Shown one piece after another: positions 28,766 to 38,609 of a stretch of 64,000 nt of DNA (the first letter of the stretch is position 1; each line of letters opens with the position of its first letter). Both the position numbers and the translations under genes were made by a program. Where the stretch lies: NCBI GenBank assembly GCA_037441675.1, contig JBBIRS010000008.1, positions 18,778-82,777 on the forward strand. The letters run 5' to 3'. This DNA comes from Planctomycetales bacterium (lineage in GTDB: Bacteria; 4484-113). The notes under the pieces were generated by a model that made no database searches, was not told where the DNA came from, and saw only the letters and a list, made by a program, of their open reading frames with translations.

Positions 28766-29689
28766 CTAATGTGCCGGGAGACGTAAAATATCGCCACATT
28801 TCACCTTTCTTCCTGTGAGGAACTCTTTTGCGCTCATAACACGCCTGTTCGCAGGCTGAACCTCCAAGACTTCAATAAAGCCAGCACCACAGGCTACGAT
28901 AAAGCTTTCTCTAAGAATTTCTACAACTTCACCGGGTTGAGACTCTCTTTTCTCCAATAGCTGATCATCTACCATAACGTGCGCGCGAAAGAGCTTTAAA
29001 TTTGTTCCATCGGGGAGCATACATACAGCTCCCATATCAGGAGAGAATGCCCTAATCTTGTTTACGACATCTTGTGCAGATTGAGAAAAATCAATAAACG
29101 TATCCTCATATGAAATGAGTTTGGTGAATGTAGCTTTAGAATGGTCTTGGGGAGTGAGAGTAACTCTGTCATTAAGTATTAATTTTAAGCCTTCAGCCAC
29201 CACATCAACCGCTAGGTTAGCTAGGCGTTTTCTGAGGATGGAGAAGTTATCATCTTGGTAGACCTCTGCTTCTTTGAGGAGAAGGATATCGCCTGCGTCC
29301 ATCTCCTGAACCATTTTGAAGAGAGTAACAGCGGTTCTTTGCATTCCGAGCATCAGAGTTGTTCTTATTGGGCTTGGCCCCCTGAGAAGTGGAAGGGGAC
29401 TTGGATGCACACACAGCGGGTATTTCACTAGCTCAAGAAACTCATTTGGAATTATACGCCCGAAGGAGTTCGCTATGAAAATATCAGGCTTAATTTTCTC
29501 AACTCTTGAAAGAAGCTCACGATTACCCTTCAAGTTGTCAATTTCAGCTGATTCTATCTCAGGGAAATTCTTGCTTAACCATGTTGCAATTTCCGTAGGG
29601 GTGAGCTTAAGGCTTCTTCCTGCAGGCTTTGGAGAGCGGGTTACTACTAGCTTTACATCAGTGAGTTCACATTTAATCAAAAATTCCAA
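28766..29689 (-). CDS. fmt: Methionyl-tRNA formyltransferase
   Basis: HPSPLPLLRGPSPI and C-terminal domain motifs. The conserved N-terminal Rossmann segment (RVIYWASTAFAIPVLEFL) is encoded in-frame upstream of the first canonical start, so the 5' end is uncertain and may extend to about 29750. Confidence 0.8.
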   Translation of the reverse strand: MEFLIKCELTDVKLVVTRSPKPAGRSLKLTPTEIATWLSKNFPEIESAEIDNLKGNRELLSRVEKIKPDIFIANSFGRIIPNEFLELVKYPLCVHPSPLPLLRGPSPIRTTLMLGMQRTAVTLFKMVQEMDAGDILLLKEAEVYQDDNFSILRKRLANLAVDVVAEGLKLILNDRVTLTPQDHSKATFTKLISYEDTFIDFSQSAQDVVNKIRAFSPDMGAVCMLPDGTNLKLFRAHVMVDDQLLEKRESQPGEVVEILRESFIVACGAGFIEVLEVQPANRRVMSAKEFLTGRKVKCGDILRLPAH

Positions 29690-29783
29690 GACTGGAATAG
29701 CGAAAGCGGTTGATGCCCAGTAAATGACCCTACAAGGTGGAATTTGTCCCCCAACGCTATTTTCTTTTACCCCCTTGAATGTG

Positions 29784-30296
29784 TTAAATCACCTCCTTCA
29801 ATAAATCAGATTTTTCATTCCTGCTTTCTGTCTTTAATCCCTCAGTGGATTCACCACCTGTAGAGGAGTAAGTCTTAACGAGCGCATCAAAGGTATTTTT
29901 GACAGTCTCGTAAAGTGAAGCAAAGAACTTTGCGAAGGCAGAAGTGCCTTCCCTCACGTTGAAGAATACCTGATCAATCTGCGTATCTTCGCATTTGAGT
30001 ATCTTAGCTAAAACATCTTTATCCACTTTGCTTAAAAAAGCCTGCATAATGAGAAGGGCAAAGATTGTATCATCTACAAATCCAATGCCAGTAACTATGT
30101 CTGGAACTATATCCAAAGGGCTGTAGAAGTAAGTTATCCCTGCAATTGCATAGAGTTTCATCCACGCGGAAACTTGGGGACTGAAAAGAGCGTATACAAA
30201 TGTGCGGATTAGCTTTGGTAAGGCGAATATGTACTTCTTGACAGGTGTCAAATCCCCAAATGGCTTTATTATTTCTGGCTTGAAGTTAAGTTTCAT
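29784..30296 (-). CDS. DUF1232 (YkvA-like) membrane protein
   Basis: YSPLDIVPDIVTGIGFVDD matches the DUF1232 signature. Confidence 0.6.
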   Translation of the reverse strand: MKLNFKPEIIKPFGDLTPVKKYIFALPKLIRTFVYALFSPQVSAWMKLYAIAGITYFYSPLDIVPDIVTGIGFVDDTIFALLIMQAFLSKVDKDVLAKILKCEDTQIDQVFFNVREGTSAFAKFFASLYETVKNTFDALVKTYSSTGGESTEGLKTESRNEKSDLLKEVI

Positions 30297-30432
30297 TCGA
30301 TTTGCCTTAGAGAAAATTCTGTTTGAGCTCGGTTGAAATTATAGCATTAAACAGAAGGTAATCTGAGTACTTATCACTGGCGTAGATCTTATTGCAATAA
30401 AGAGATAGATAAATACTTAGAATGAAATGCCT

Positions 30433-31404
30433 TTAACCGAAAGATTGGGCACGTCTAGCAATTTCCTCAATTACCCAATCTGGAGTGGACGCTCCTGCGG
30501 TAATTCCAACCTTGAAGCGTTTTGCCCTTGCGCTACCCTTTTCGGGAAACCATGTAGGCTTAATATCTTCTGCGCTGGATATGAAGTAGGTGTTGGGATT
30601 AGCCTTTTTCACCACCTCAAATAGTCTTTTGGAGTTGCTTGAATGGGTATCCCCCACGACGATCATTAAGTCGCAGATATTAGCAATTTCTATGCTTGCC
30701 TCTTGATTTCTATCTGTATGTGGGCAGACTGTGTCCAGGACTTCAGCTCGCGTGAATCTCTTCTTAATAGCTTGAACGAGAATGTCTATTTGGTCTCTGG
30801 AAAATGTTGTTTGCGAAACAACTCCAACAGATTCGTAATACGGAATCTGCTCTAAGTCCGCAAGCTCAGTAACCACGTAGGGATTCTTCAACCAGGAGAA
30901 AAGACCTATAACTTCCGGATGATTTTTCTTACCAAGAATTATAACCGCAGGGTGCCTTTCCTCAAGCTTGAGAGCCTTTTCTCTAACCTTTGTGACGACG
31001 ATGCAGGTTAAATCTACAACCTTAAATCCACGCCTCTTTAGCTCCTCCATTTGCTCACGGGTTCCTCCATGGGCGCGGATTATGACTATTGCGTCATTAT
31101 CCTGAATTTCGGTAATTGAAGTGATATGTTTTATGCCGTACCTTTCAATCCTTTCTATAACAGCACGGTTATGAACTATCTCGCCAAGGATGTAGATTTG
31201 TCTTGATTTAACTTTTGTCTGAACACCTACCCCGACAGGATTTTCACCAGTTTCATCAAAGCTTAAGAGAGGGGAGTTATCATCGGAAATTGAGGCTTCC
31301 TCAGGCTCTATACCAAAAGTCTCCTTGGCAATAGCCATTGCGCCTTCAAAAGCCTTACTCACGCCATGGCAGAAGCCCATTCTCCTTGCGGTCAGAATTT
31401 CCAT
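30433..31404 (-). CDS. ispH: 4-hydroxy-3-methylbut-2-enyl diphosphate reductase
   Basis: GFCHGV, AHGG, TVCPHT and SSNSKRL motifs with three conserved Cys; 323 aa. Confidence 0.9.
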   Translation of the reverse strand: MEILTARRMGFCHGVSKAFEGAMAIAKETFGIEPEEASISDDNSPLLSFDETGENPVGVGVQTKVKSRQIYILGEIVHNRAVIERIERYGIKHITSITEIQDNDAIVIIRAHGGTREQMEELKRRGFKVVDLTCIVVTKVREKALKLEERHPAVIILGKKNHPEVIGLFSWLKNPYVVTELADLEQIPYYESVGVVSQTTFSRDQIDILVQAIKKRFTRAEVLDTVCPHTDRNQEASIEIANICDLMIVVGDTHSSNSKRLFEVVKKANPNTYFISSAEDIKPTWFPEKGSARAKRFKVGITAGASTPDWVIEEIARRAQSFG

Positions 31405-31549
31405 AGACGATAATGATTATACCTTATTACTTTGAGAATTAGTTGCAACTATGATTTGAGTTCAACAATATAAAGTAATATCTAAATTCCGCAAGAATTA
31501 AGGTGAACCTCCTTAAAACCATAGTCAATCGAGAAGGGTAAATTGAACG

Positions 31550-32452
31550 CTAAACGCTAGGCGACTCTGTCGGACTTTCTTTTTCGGGCGGTTTTTTGGG
31601 CGCAACCTGCACAGTCATCCCACCTATTGCCGCTGTGCCAAGAATTCCACCCAACTGCATTGTGTCCAGCGCAGTAGATGGAACTATCACGAGTGAGCCA
31701 CGTTCCTTCAAGCCTTCAAACAGCATATTCATCGCCCGCAGGTGCATTGCGTGCGGATTTTCCGCATATACTTCAGCTGCTTTGGCAAACTTGTCCGCTA
31801 TCTGCATTTCGGATTCACCTAAAATGATTCGCGCTTGCCTCTCCCTTTCCGCCTGCGCCCGCCTGCTCATCGCGTCTTGAAGCCCAGCGGGTATCTTAAT
31901 GTCTCTGATTTCTACGCTGTTCACAGTGATGCCCCATGGGGTTGTGCGGGAGTCAATAAGCACTTGAAGCTCTTTGTCAATTTTCTCGCGCCCTACCAGC
32001 AAATCCGCAAGCTCGGTTTTTCCAATGAGATCACGAAGCGCGGTCTGTGCCGCCCAACTGACCGCCTCATTGTACCTCTCCACTTCTAGCGTGGCTTTCT
32101 TTGCGTCAAAGACGAACCAGAACATTACCGCATCAACATCTACTGGAACTGTATCTCTAGTGAGAGCTTCTTCAGCCACCAGGTCGGTAGCGTGAATCCT
32201 CACGTCTATCCAACCTGCCACTGTATCGAGGAAGGGCCAGAGGAAAAAGATGCCAGGCTTCCTCACGGAAAGAAACTTTCCCAACCTAAGAACTACAACT
32301 CGTTCCCACTGTTCGGCAACCTTTAGGCACGTTAACAAAACAATGGAGAGCAAAAATCCCACTACTCCAACAATTGTAGCCAAAGTTTGCCTTTCCGCAT
32401 TCAAAAGGAGCCAGTAAAGAATTCCAGTTATGAGTAAGGTCAGAAGCCCCAC
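31550..32452 (-). CDS. SPFH/band-7 (stomatin/prohibitin-like) membrane protein
   Basis: N-terminal TM helices followed by an SPFH core (VVVLRLGKF...TRDTVPVDVDAV...RAQAERE). Confidence 0.8.
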   Translation of the reverse strand: MGLLTLLITGILYWLLLNAERQTLATIVGVVGFLLSIVLLTCLKVAEQWERVVVLRLGKFLSVRKPGIFFLWPFLDTVAGWIDVRIHATDLVAEEALTRDTVPVDVDAVMFWFVFDAKKATLEVERYNEAVSWAAQTALRDLIGKTELADLLVGREKIDKELQVLIDSRTTPWGITVNSVEIRDIKIPAGLQDAMSRRAQAERERQARIILGESEMQIADKFAKAAEVYAENPHAMHLRAMNMLFEGLKERGSLVIVPSTALDTMQLGGILGTAAIGGMTVQVAPKKPPEKESPTESPSV

Positions 32453-32546
32453 GAAAATTGGCCATGGATGGATAGTAGAAGCTCCACTAACACTTGGTAT
32501 TTCAATTGAAACCTTGCTTGATTTTTAGAAAACAATTTTAACCTCA

Positions 32547-33005
32547 CTAGAACTGTGTGATATTTTCTGACACCTCCACAAGGAGATCCCTAATTTCAAA
32601 ATCAGACAACCCTAGCCCCCTAAGGGTTTTTACGGCTCCTGCAAGAATGCTTTCTGCCTCTATGATTTTATCCTTTTTTTTGGAAGTTTCGGGATATTCC
32701 GCAACAAAAGTTCCTTTACCTTGAAGCAACTCTATAATTCCCTCCGCAGCAAGCTCTGTATATACCCTTGCGACAGTATTTGCGGTGATGGAAAGTTCAA
32801 CCGCAAGCTCACGAACCGTTGGAAGCTGCTCCCCCGGCTTGAGGATCCTGTTTTGGATTAAGTATCGCAGTTGATTCTTTAGCTGAACATAAATTGGAAT
32901 TTCCGCTTTGCTATCAATACTTAATCCCAACTTTTTTATATTAATTACCATTGTTGCATAACACTCATTCATTACTACATTAACACACATTTCCGCTTTT
33001 GTCAA
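32547..33005 (-). CDS. GntR-family (YtrA-like) winged-helix transcription regulator
   Basis: PIYVQLKNQLRYLI...LPTVRELAVELSITANTVARVY HTH. The likely true start is the internal Met (MVINIKK). Confidence 0.7.
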   Translation of the reverse strand: MTKAEMCVNVVMNECYATMVINIKKLGLSIDSKAEIPIYVQLKNQLRYLIQNRILKPGEQLPTVRELAVELSITANTVARVYTELAAEGIIELLQGKGTFVAEYPETSKKKDKIIEAESILAGAVKTLRGLGLSDFEIRDLLVEVSENITQF

Positions 33006-33100
33006 GAGGTGGATGATTTGTCGTTTAAGATAATCTACTTGAGAGTTAATTGGGAGATGGCGTGGATTATCGATATTTATTCATATAAAATAATACTTAC

Positions 33101-33952
33101 GTGAGAGTATTAGTGGCTAAGATAAAACTTTTCTTTTACGTAGCAATTGGCATGATTATTTTCCAGCTTGGATTACCAATCACTGCATTTAGCGCATTTC
33201 AGGTATTTGCTGAAAAGATACGAATACGAAAATATGAGGGGAGAGTTTACATAGACTTTGCAGGCAGAGTCAAGGCATCCGGCGCCGAAGGATTAAGCAT
33301 TATTTCAGGAAACGGCGAAGTTGTGCTGACCACTGATAAATTCCCGCAAATTCCGGAGAATATTGAGAAGGAGAAAATTATTGGAGGGGAGCTTCCTTCG
33401 CTACCCAAGTTAACTTTTGATAGAAAGAATCTAAAGCTTTTTAGGTTGGGAGGTGGATTCTCTTTAGTAAATAAGGACTTAAAGTTGAACGGTGGCACTT
33501 TGGAAACTAGGGACGGTGGGGATAACTGGATGATTTTAGGATCTGTCAAGCTGATAAATCGCGATAAACCCAGCCAAGAATTAACAGGCAAAAACTTCCA
33601 TTACAACCGAATGAAAAACGCAATATCCACCAAGAATGCTGTTGAAATTGCAAGTTTTTGGCAGGGGGAGAAGCTTTATATCAATGCTTCATCTATTGAA
33701 ATTAGGTTGCAAGAGAAGAAGATACTCATTAGTGGAAATGCGGTAATGAAATTTTCAAATTACACCCTTAGCTCGAATAACATTAAAGTGGATACAGCTT
33801 CAAGAAGAATAGAAACGGATGGGCCTGCAAAGCTTACATCAAAAGAAGGCTCCCTTGACGCAGCGCACATAGTAGTAACAATTACAGATGCAGGGTTGAA
33901 GATTGAGGCGAAAGACCTTAGTGGAAAGGTGATAGCTAAAAGCGTGGGGTGA
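33101..33952 (+). CDS. Secreted hypothetical protein (possible OstA/LptA-like beta-jellyroll)
   Basis: Signal peptide and a repetitive beta-strand pattern; weak resemblance to OstA-like domains only. Confidence 0.4.
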   Translation: MRVLVAKIKLFFYVAIGMIIFQLGLPITAFSAFQVFAEKIRIRKYEGRVYIDFAGRVKASGAEGLSIISGNGEVVLTTDKFPQIPENIEKEKIIGGELPSLPKLTFDRKNLKLFRLGGGFSLVNKDLKLNGGTLETRDGGDNWMILGSVKLINRDKPSQELTGKNFHYNRMKNAISTKNAVEIASFWQGEKLYINASSIEIRLQEKKILISGNAVMKFSNYTLSSNNIKVDTASRRIETDGPAKLTSKEGSLDAAHIVVTITDAGLKIEAKDLSGKVIAKSVG

Positions 33953-34075
33953 AACATTGGTGGAAAATTATTCAGTTTTCCGAATATGAACTTTATTATT
34001 ATCATCAATTAACTAATCGTAAAGCAGATAGGGAGTGAAAAATAAGTTATTCTTGCGTGTTATACTAAATGGTAA

Positions 34076-34157
34076 GGGCAGGTGGCGGAAAGGCAGACGC
34101 GCTAGCCTTAGGAGCTAGTGGGATTATCCCGTGGGGGTTCGACTCCCCCCCTGCCCA
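34076..34157 (+). tRNA. tRNA-Leu (anticodon UAG), class II with a long variable arm
   Basis: Acceptor GGGCAGG/CCTGCCC, 3-bp D stem, anticodon stem CTAGC/GCTAG with loop CTTAGGA, variable arm GGGATTATCCC, T arm GGGGG-TTCGACT-CCCCC. No encoded CCA. Confidence 0.8.
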
Positions 34158-34286
34158 TTCTGCGAAGATTTCAAAATCATCAAATGAGACTTTAGCGAGA
34201 ATTCATTTCTCCCAAATTTGAGTGGAATTATTGTTCAATGTTGGTTGATGGGGGGGTAACTGCACGGCGTTCTCTTCAAAGGGAAA

Positions 34287-34432
34287 GTGCACGCCCGGGG
34301 ACGGGCGTGTTCCAAAAAGTGGCAGAGCTGGGATGCCCGTGAACCTGGGTGAATGCTAAGATTGACGGCGGGGTACAAGTCCCAGCCCTACAAAAATTGT
34401 TCACGGAGGGGGGGCAAGTCCCCACCCTACAG
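34287..34432. repeat. GC-rich structured intergenic element, copy 2 (between tRNA-Leu and the cohesin/M6 operon): ACGGGCG hairpin motif followed by two 27-nt hairpin units
   Basis: GTGCACGCCCGGGGACGGGCGTGTTCCAAAA (perfect 8-bp stem with GGGA loop), then units 34367-34393 GGCGGGGTACAAGTCCCAGCCCTACAA and 34406-34432 GAGGGGGGGCAAGTCCCCACCCTACAG with a 12-nt spacer. Confidence 0.5.
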
Positions 34433-34581
34433 CTGAACCTTTTAGTGTAAATCCGCACTACAGGTCCTTTATGAGCACTCCTTTTGTTAAGAAGTTCTCA
34501 CTAACCCGGTAGCGACAAGAAATTCATTTTAATGTGTTAAAATAATTACCGAGTTTTTAGCAGGTTGAAGATAATCAATTC

Positions 34582-35193
34582 TTGTTTGAGGAGGACTTAA
34601 GGAGGAGAAAAGTCAAAGTTATGAAGCGACATATATATGTTTTTATCATACTTTTAACTCTTTTCCTCCATGGATGTGGCGGAGGCGGTGGAGTTTCTCA
34701 TTCAAGAAGCGATAGATTAGGAAATCCGCAAACTAACACGCAACTCCCAAGCGAATCTCCACCTCCTCAACGAAATCGTCTGGTTACAAGTACCCCAATA
34801 CTAAATAAACTTTCACCGGGTCAGGAGTTTGATTTTGTGTTAAGAGCGGAGCTTAAGGACGAATTGTTTCAAACCAGTGCGCGCATACTTTATGACCCTT
34901 CGGTCTTCTCTCCTATCAGGACTTCCAAGGGAAATTTAATTCCTGAAGATGCGGTGTTTTTTGCCAAGTTAGATAAAGAAGGGTTGCTTCCATTTGCCAT
35001 TACGCGTCTTCCTGGTAGCGAAGGAATTAGGGCAGGTACTGGCGAAATCTTGAGAGTTCGTTTTAGGCTTCTCTCTACACCGCAGGCGAACTCGCGCATA
35101 AGGCTACAAAATGAGCCAGCGTTCTTGCAACTTAGAGATAAGAGCGGTGGTAGGCTAAGCTTTGACTTGGCAACAGAGGTGGTGGCGCAATGA
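34582..35193 (+). CDS. Lipoprotein with a cohesin-like domain
   Basis: Lipobox FLHGCGGG. SPGQEFDFVLRAELKDELFQTSARILYDPSVFSP...GTGEILRVRFRL resembles the cohesin beta-sandwich pattern (F.....YDP.V). Stop overlaps the next gene's start (ATGA). Confidence 0.5.
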   Translation: MFEEDLRRRKVKVMKRHIYVFIILLTLFLHGCGGGGGVSHSRSDRLGNPQTNTQLPSESPPPQRNRLVTSTPILNKLSPGQEFDFVLRAELKDELFQTSARILYDPSVFSPIRTSKGNLIPEDAVFFAKLDKEGLLPFAITRLPGSEGIRAGTGEILRVRFRLLSTPQANSRIRLQNEPAFLQLRDKSGGRLSFDLATEVVAQ

Positions 35194-38100
35194 GAAGCTT
35201 CCACTTCTTCTTTCTAGCTCTGCTATGTCTTCTAATCGCAAGTGCTTCTGTTGACGCACTAGAACCACCTTCACCTGGAATGCTTGAAGAGATGGAGGCT
35301 GAAGGGATTCTTGACGAGATGATTGCCCGCGCGGAGAAGCTGGGCAATCACATGATGAAAGCCCCCCGCCGTGGATTAAGACTGGGAACTGACAATCCTT
35401 ATGAAATAGCTAATTTAATTTCTGAGCATTTCGGTAAAAGTCTCGAGCAAAAATCAGCGAGCGCCATCGGCACCACTAGCCCGCGCGAGTTTGATTGGGT
35501 AGAGCTCGACCTAAACCACGATAGAACCATTGATGAGCGAGACATACTCGCTCTTGGTTTTCCTCAGCCGAAGATCTCCGCCACTCTTCCCTCAATCGGC
35601 ACAAGCAAGGTTTTCTGTTTAATCATTGAGTTCCCTGATTACCCAAGATGGTTTGAAAAATCGGAGTTTGAATCCAAGCTCTTCGGCGATGGCGACACCT
35701 TCTACTATTATCGCGGTCTAAAATATTACTACAACAAAGCCTCATACCAGCAGTTAACCATAGATGGAGCGGTTTACGGATGGTATACCGCGCAGCACAA
35801 CCGCTCCTACTACCACCCTAACAATAACACCACCTACCCGGAGGAGGACTTAAGGCGTGAACAGTTGATTTTTGAGGCGATAGAAGCTGCGGATGAGGCA
35901 GGCGCTGATTTTTCCCAATACGATAATGATGGCGATGGGGTTGTGGACTACTTCCTCGTTATCTGGACTGGACCCCATGGCGCTTGGGCTTCCTTTTGGT
36001 GGGGGTATCAGACCGAAATTTACGTCCTGGCAGATAAGACAATTGACGGCGTTCGATTCCAAACTTACTCCTGGCAGTGGGAGCGCTACTATGGCTTTAG
36101 CGAAAGCCCGCCAGCGGATGCCAGATGGAATCCCCTTGTGACGATTCACGAAACGGGCCATGCCCTTGGTCTTCCTGACTATTACGATTATGACGGAAAC
36201 CAAGGTCCGGATGGTGGAGTTGGTGGAATGGATATGATGGACGCAAATAGGGGTGACCATAACTCTTTCAGTAAGTACATTCTAGGCTGGCTCACTCCCA
36301 CGGTCGCATTCACGAATCTTGATGACGAACCAATCATAAAATCTACACAAGAGGGCGATGCGGTTATCTTTATGCCGGACTTTGACCCAGTCTCGCCCTG
36401 GTCTGAATACTTTATGGCTCAGACCAGAAAGAGAGAAGGAATTGATAATGTAAGCCCCTATCCTACGGACGGCAGGCTTGCCCTTTGGCACATTGATGCA
36501 CAGGTTGAAGAGAACGCTCAGATGCCTTTTTACTATGCATTCAAATACGACAACTCTTACACAGAACATAAACTTTTGCGATTGATGGAAGCGGACGGAC
36601 TTGAGGAAATTGAGGCAGGAGGGGCTGCTGACGTAGATGATTACTATGATAGTGATGAAGAGCTAACTCCATCCTCTAATCCAAACTCAAATAAATACGA
36701 CGGTTCAAATCCGGGAATATACTGCACTGACACTTCTGCGCCCGGCGATACAATGACCGCAGATTTCATTCTATACACGAGTAATCCACCAAGTGTCACA
36801 ATTGATTCGCCAAACGCGGGTGACACTTTGAGTGGAGATGTAGCTGTCCAAATTACTGCCACTGATGATAATTCAGTGAGCAAAGTTCAACTTCTAATTG
36901 ATGGGCTTGTCGTTCAGGAATGGACAAGCGGGCCCTATGAATACACATGGAATACCCTCGTTGACTTCAACAAGACTATGAATATCACCGCGCGCGCTTG
37001 GGATGATGAAGACCAGGTCGGAAGCGATACGATTAGCGTAACGGTCAGCAACACGGGTGTCACGTCTGTGACAGATGATTTTGAAAGCGGGCTTGGCAAG
37101 TGGCGCGTTATTAATGACCCATCCGATCCTGCTGGAACTTATACAGAATGGGCAACCAGGAATAGCCCTGCGTCGCCACCGCCGCAGGGAAGCGGAAAGG
37201 AAGCCTGGGTGAAACCCGCAACTTCTGACACTGATTACACAGCAAGCGAGCATTTGCGCTCTCAAAGAATCAACGCTGTCAGCTTTTCAAGGCCAGTTCA
37301 AATTAAGTTTTTCTATCGCTGTCGCTCAGGATTCTCCCTTTGCGCAACTACCGATAACGGTTCAACTTGGGAAAAGGTGGCGGATATACCTCCAAGTTCA
37401 AATTGGAGTTTGTTCACAAAAGCACCCGCATACCAGGGAGAAGTAGTTTACTTCCGTCTATACTATGAAGGAACCGTTCGGGAGAACTTGGATAACGGGC
37501 TTGGCGCAAATATTGACGAGATTGTGATTCAGGAAGCGCCAAGTAATATTCCAACTATTTCTATCACAAATCCCACCGATGGTGCTGCCGTTTCCGGCAG
37601 TACCACTTTCTCCGCAAATGCGTCTGACGATGGCAATATAGAAGCTGTTCATTTCTATCTAAATGGATCTCATGTTTCAACTGACACTTCACCTCCGTGG
37701 GAGTACACCAGGGATACGACACAGGACGATAATCATCCAAGCATTTCTTTTACAGTTTGGGCGATTGATGATGACGACCTTCCGTCTGAGGAGGATACAA
37801 TCACGATTGCGTTCAAAAATTCCCGTCCCTACCCCGTTTCAGACGACCTTGAAACGGACACCACAAGATGGATAATCAGCAACGACAGCAGGCAACCTCA
37901 GTGGCAATGGGTAGACACTCAAAGTAATTCGCCGACCCACTCCTTTGGATGGGTCACAAGTTCAAGCTGGCAAACTTATAACTGGGATGGGATAACTTTT
38001 AAGGGTGACCCGCCCGCTAGCGGTTACCAGACAATTGACCTTGCAGGAGATGATGTGGATATGCCGGTTCTTCGCTTCTATTACCGCGCTGATTTTCCAT

Positions 38101-38609
38101 CGTATGGGCACTTCTATGTTTACTTTGGCAACACTTGGACTGGCTTGACTATTTTGGATATCATTAGTGGTGACCAGTTAAGTTGGACTGAAAAGACCTA
38201 CAGTCTTGAAGATTTTGTTGGTTACTCTGGTCGTATCGCTTTTTACGCGAGAAACACATCACAAACTAGCGGTGCCACGGGGCTATGGATAGATGATGTG
38301 CGTGTGGAGAATCTAGGACCTTACATAGATTCAATTAATCCCGACCGTGCGGTAGAACAAACCGAGGTTTCAATAATCGGTTCTGGTTTCAAGAGTAGCC
38401 GTGGAAGTAGTTATGTAACTTTTGGTGGTTCAGTGAATCCTCAGGATTCCGACTACGTCTCTTGGAGCAATAACGAAATTAAAGTAAAAGTTCCAACGGG
38501 AGCGGAAAGTGGAAATGTAACTGTTACTGTAAACTCCGTTACAAGCAACGGCTATAATTTTAGGGTAATTCTACCTCCTCCGAATCTGCAAGGGGGTGAA
38601 CAGTACTAA
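35190..38609 (+). CDS. Secreted M6-family (immune-inhibitor-A-like) zinc metalloprotease with Ig-like and C-terminal IPT/TIG domains
   Basis: Signal peptide. HETGHALGLPDYYDYDG zincin motif, typical of M6/InhA. Big/Ig-like repeats (TIDSPNAGDTLSGDVAVQITATDD..., ISITNPTDGAAVSGSTTFSANASDD...). C-terminal TIG domain, ending LPPPNLQGGEQY. 1139 aa. Confidence 0.75.
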   Translation: MRSFHFFFLALLCLLIASASVDALEPPSPGMLEEMEAEGILDEMIARAEKLGNHMMKAPRRGLRLGTDNPYEIANLISEHFGKSLEQKSASAIGTTSPREFDWVELDLNHDRTIDERDILALGFPQPKISATLPSIGTSKVFCLIIEFPDYPRWFEKSEFESKLFGDGDTFYYYRGLKYYYNKASYQQLTIDGAVYGWYTAQHNRSYYHPNNNTTYPEEDLRREQLIFEAIEAADEAGADFSQYDNDGDGVVDYFLVIWTGPHGAWASFWWGYQTEIYVLADKTIDGVRFQTYSWQWERYYGFSESPPADARWNPLVTIHETGHALGLPDYYDYDGNQGPDGGVGGMDMMDANRGDHNSFSKYILGWLTPTVAFTNLDDEPIIKSTQEGDAVIFMPDFDPVSPWSEYFMAQTRKREGIDNVSPYPTDGRLALWHIDAQVEENAQMPFYYAFKYDNSYTEHKLLRLMEADGLEEIEAGGAADVDDYYDSDEELTPSSNPNSNKYDGSNPGIYCTDTSAPGDTMTADFILYTSNPPSVTIDSPNAGDTLSGDVAVQITATDDNSVSKVQLLIDGLVVQEWTSGPYEYTWNTLVDFNKTMNITARAWDDEDQVGSDTISVTVSNTGVTSVTDDFESGLGKWRVINDPSDPAGTYTEWATRNSPASPPPQGSGKEAWVKPATSDTDYTASEHLRSQRINAVSFSRPVQIKFFYRCRSGFSLCATTDNGSTWEKVADIPPSSNWSLFTKAPAYQGEVVYFRLYYEGTVRENLDNGLGANIDEIVIQEAPSNIPTISITNPTDGAAVSGSTTFSANASDDGNIEAVHFYLNGSHVSTDTSPPWEYTRDTTQDDNHPSISFTVWAIDDDDLPSEEDTITIAFKNSRPYPVSDDLETDTTRWIISNDSRQPQWQWVDTQSNSPTHSFGWVTSSSWQTYNWDGITFKGDPPASGYQTIDLAGDDVDMPVLRFYYRADFPSYGHFYVYFGNTWTGLTILDIISGDQLSWTEKTYSLEDFVGYSGRIAFYARNTSQTSGATGLWIDDVRVENLGPYIDSINPDRAVEQTEVSIIGSGFKSSRGSSYVTFGGSVNPQDSDYVSWSNNEIKVKVPTGAESGNVTVTVNSVTSNGYNFRVILPPPNLQGGEQY

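Noticed and set aside
34276-34458. 60-codon minus-strand ORF across the GC-rich element
   Set aside because: Its apparent repeats (GTCPP / GTCTPP) simply mirror the repeated DNA units. It has no start context or RBS and overlaps a probable structured RNA.
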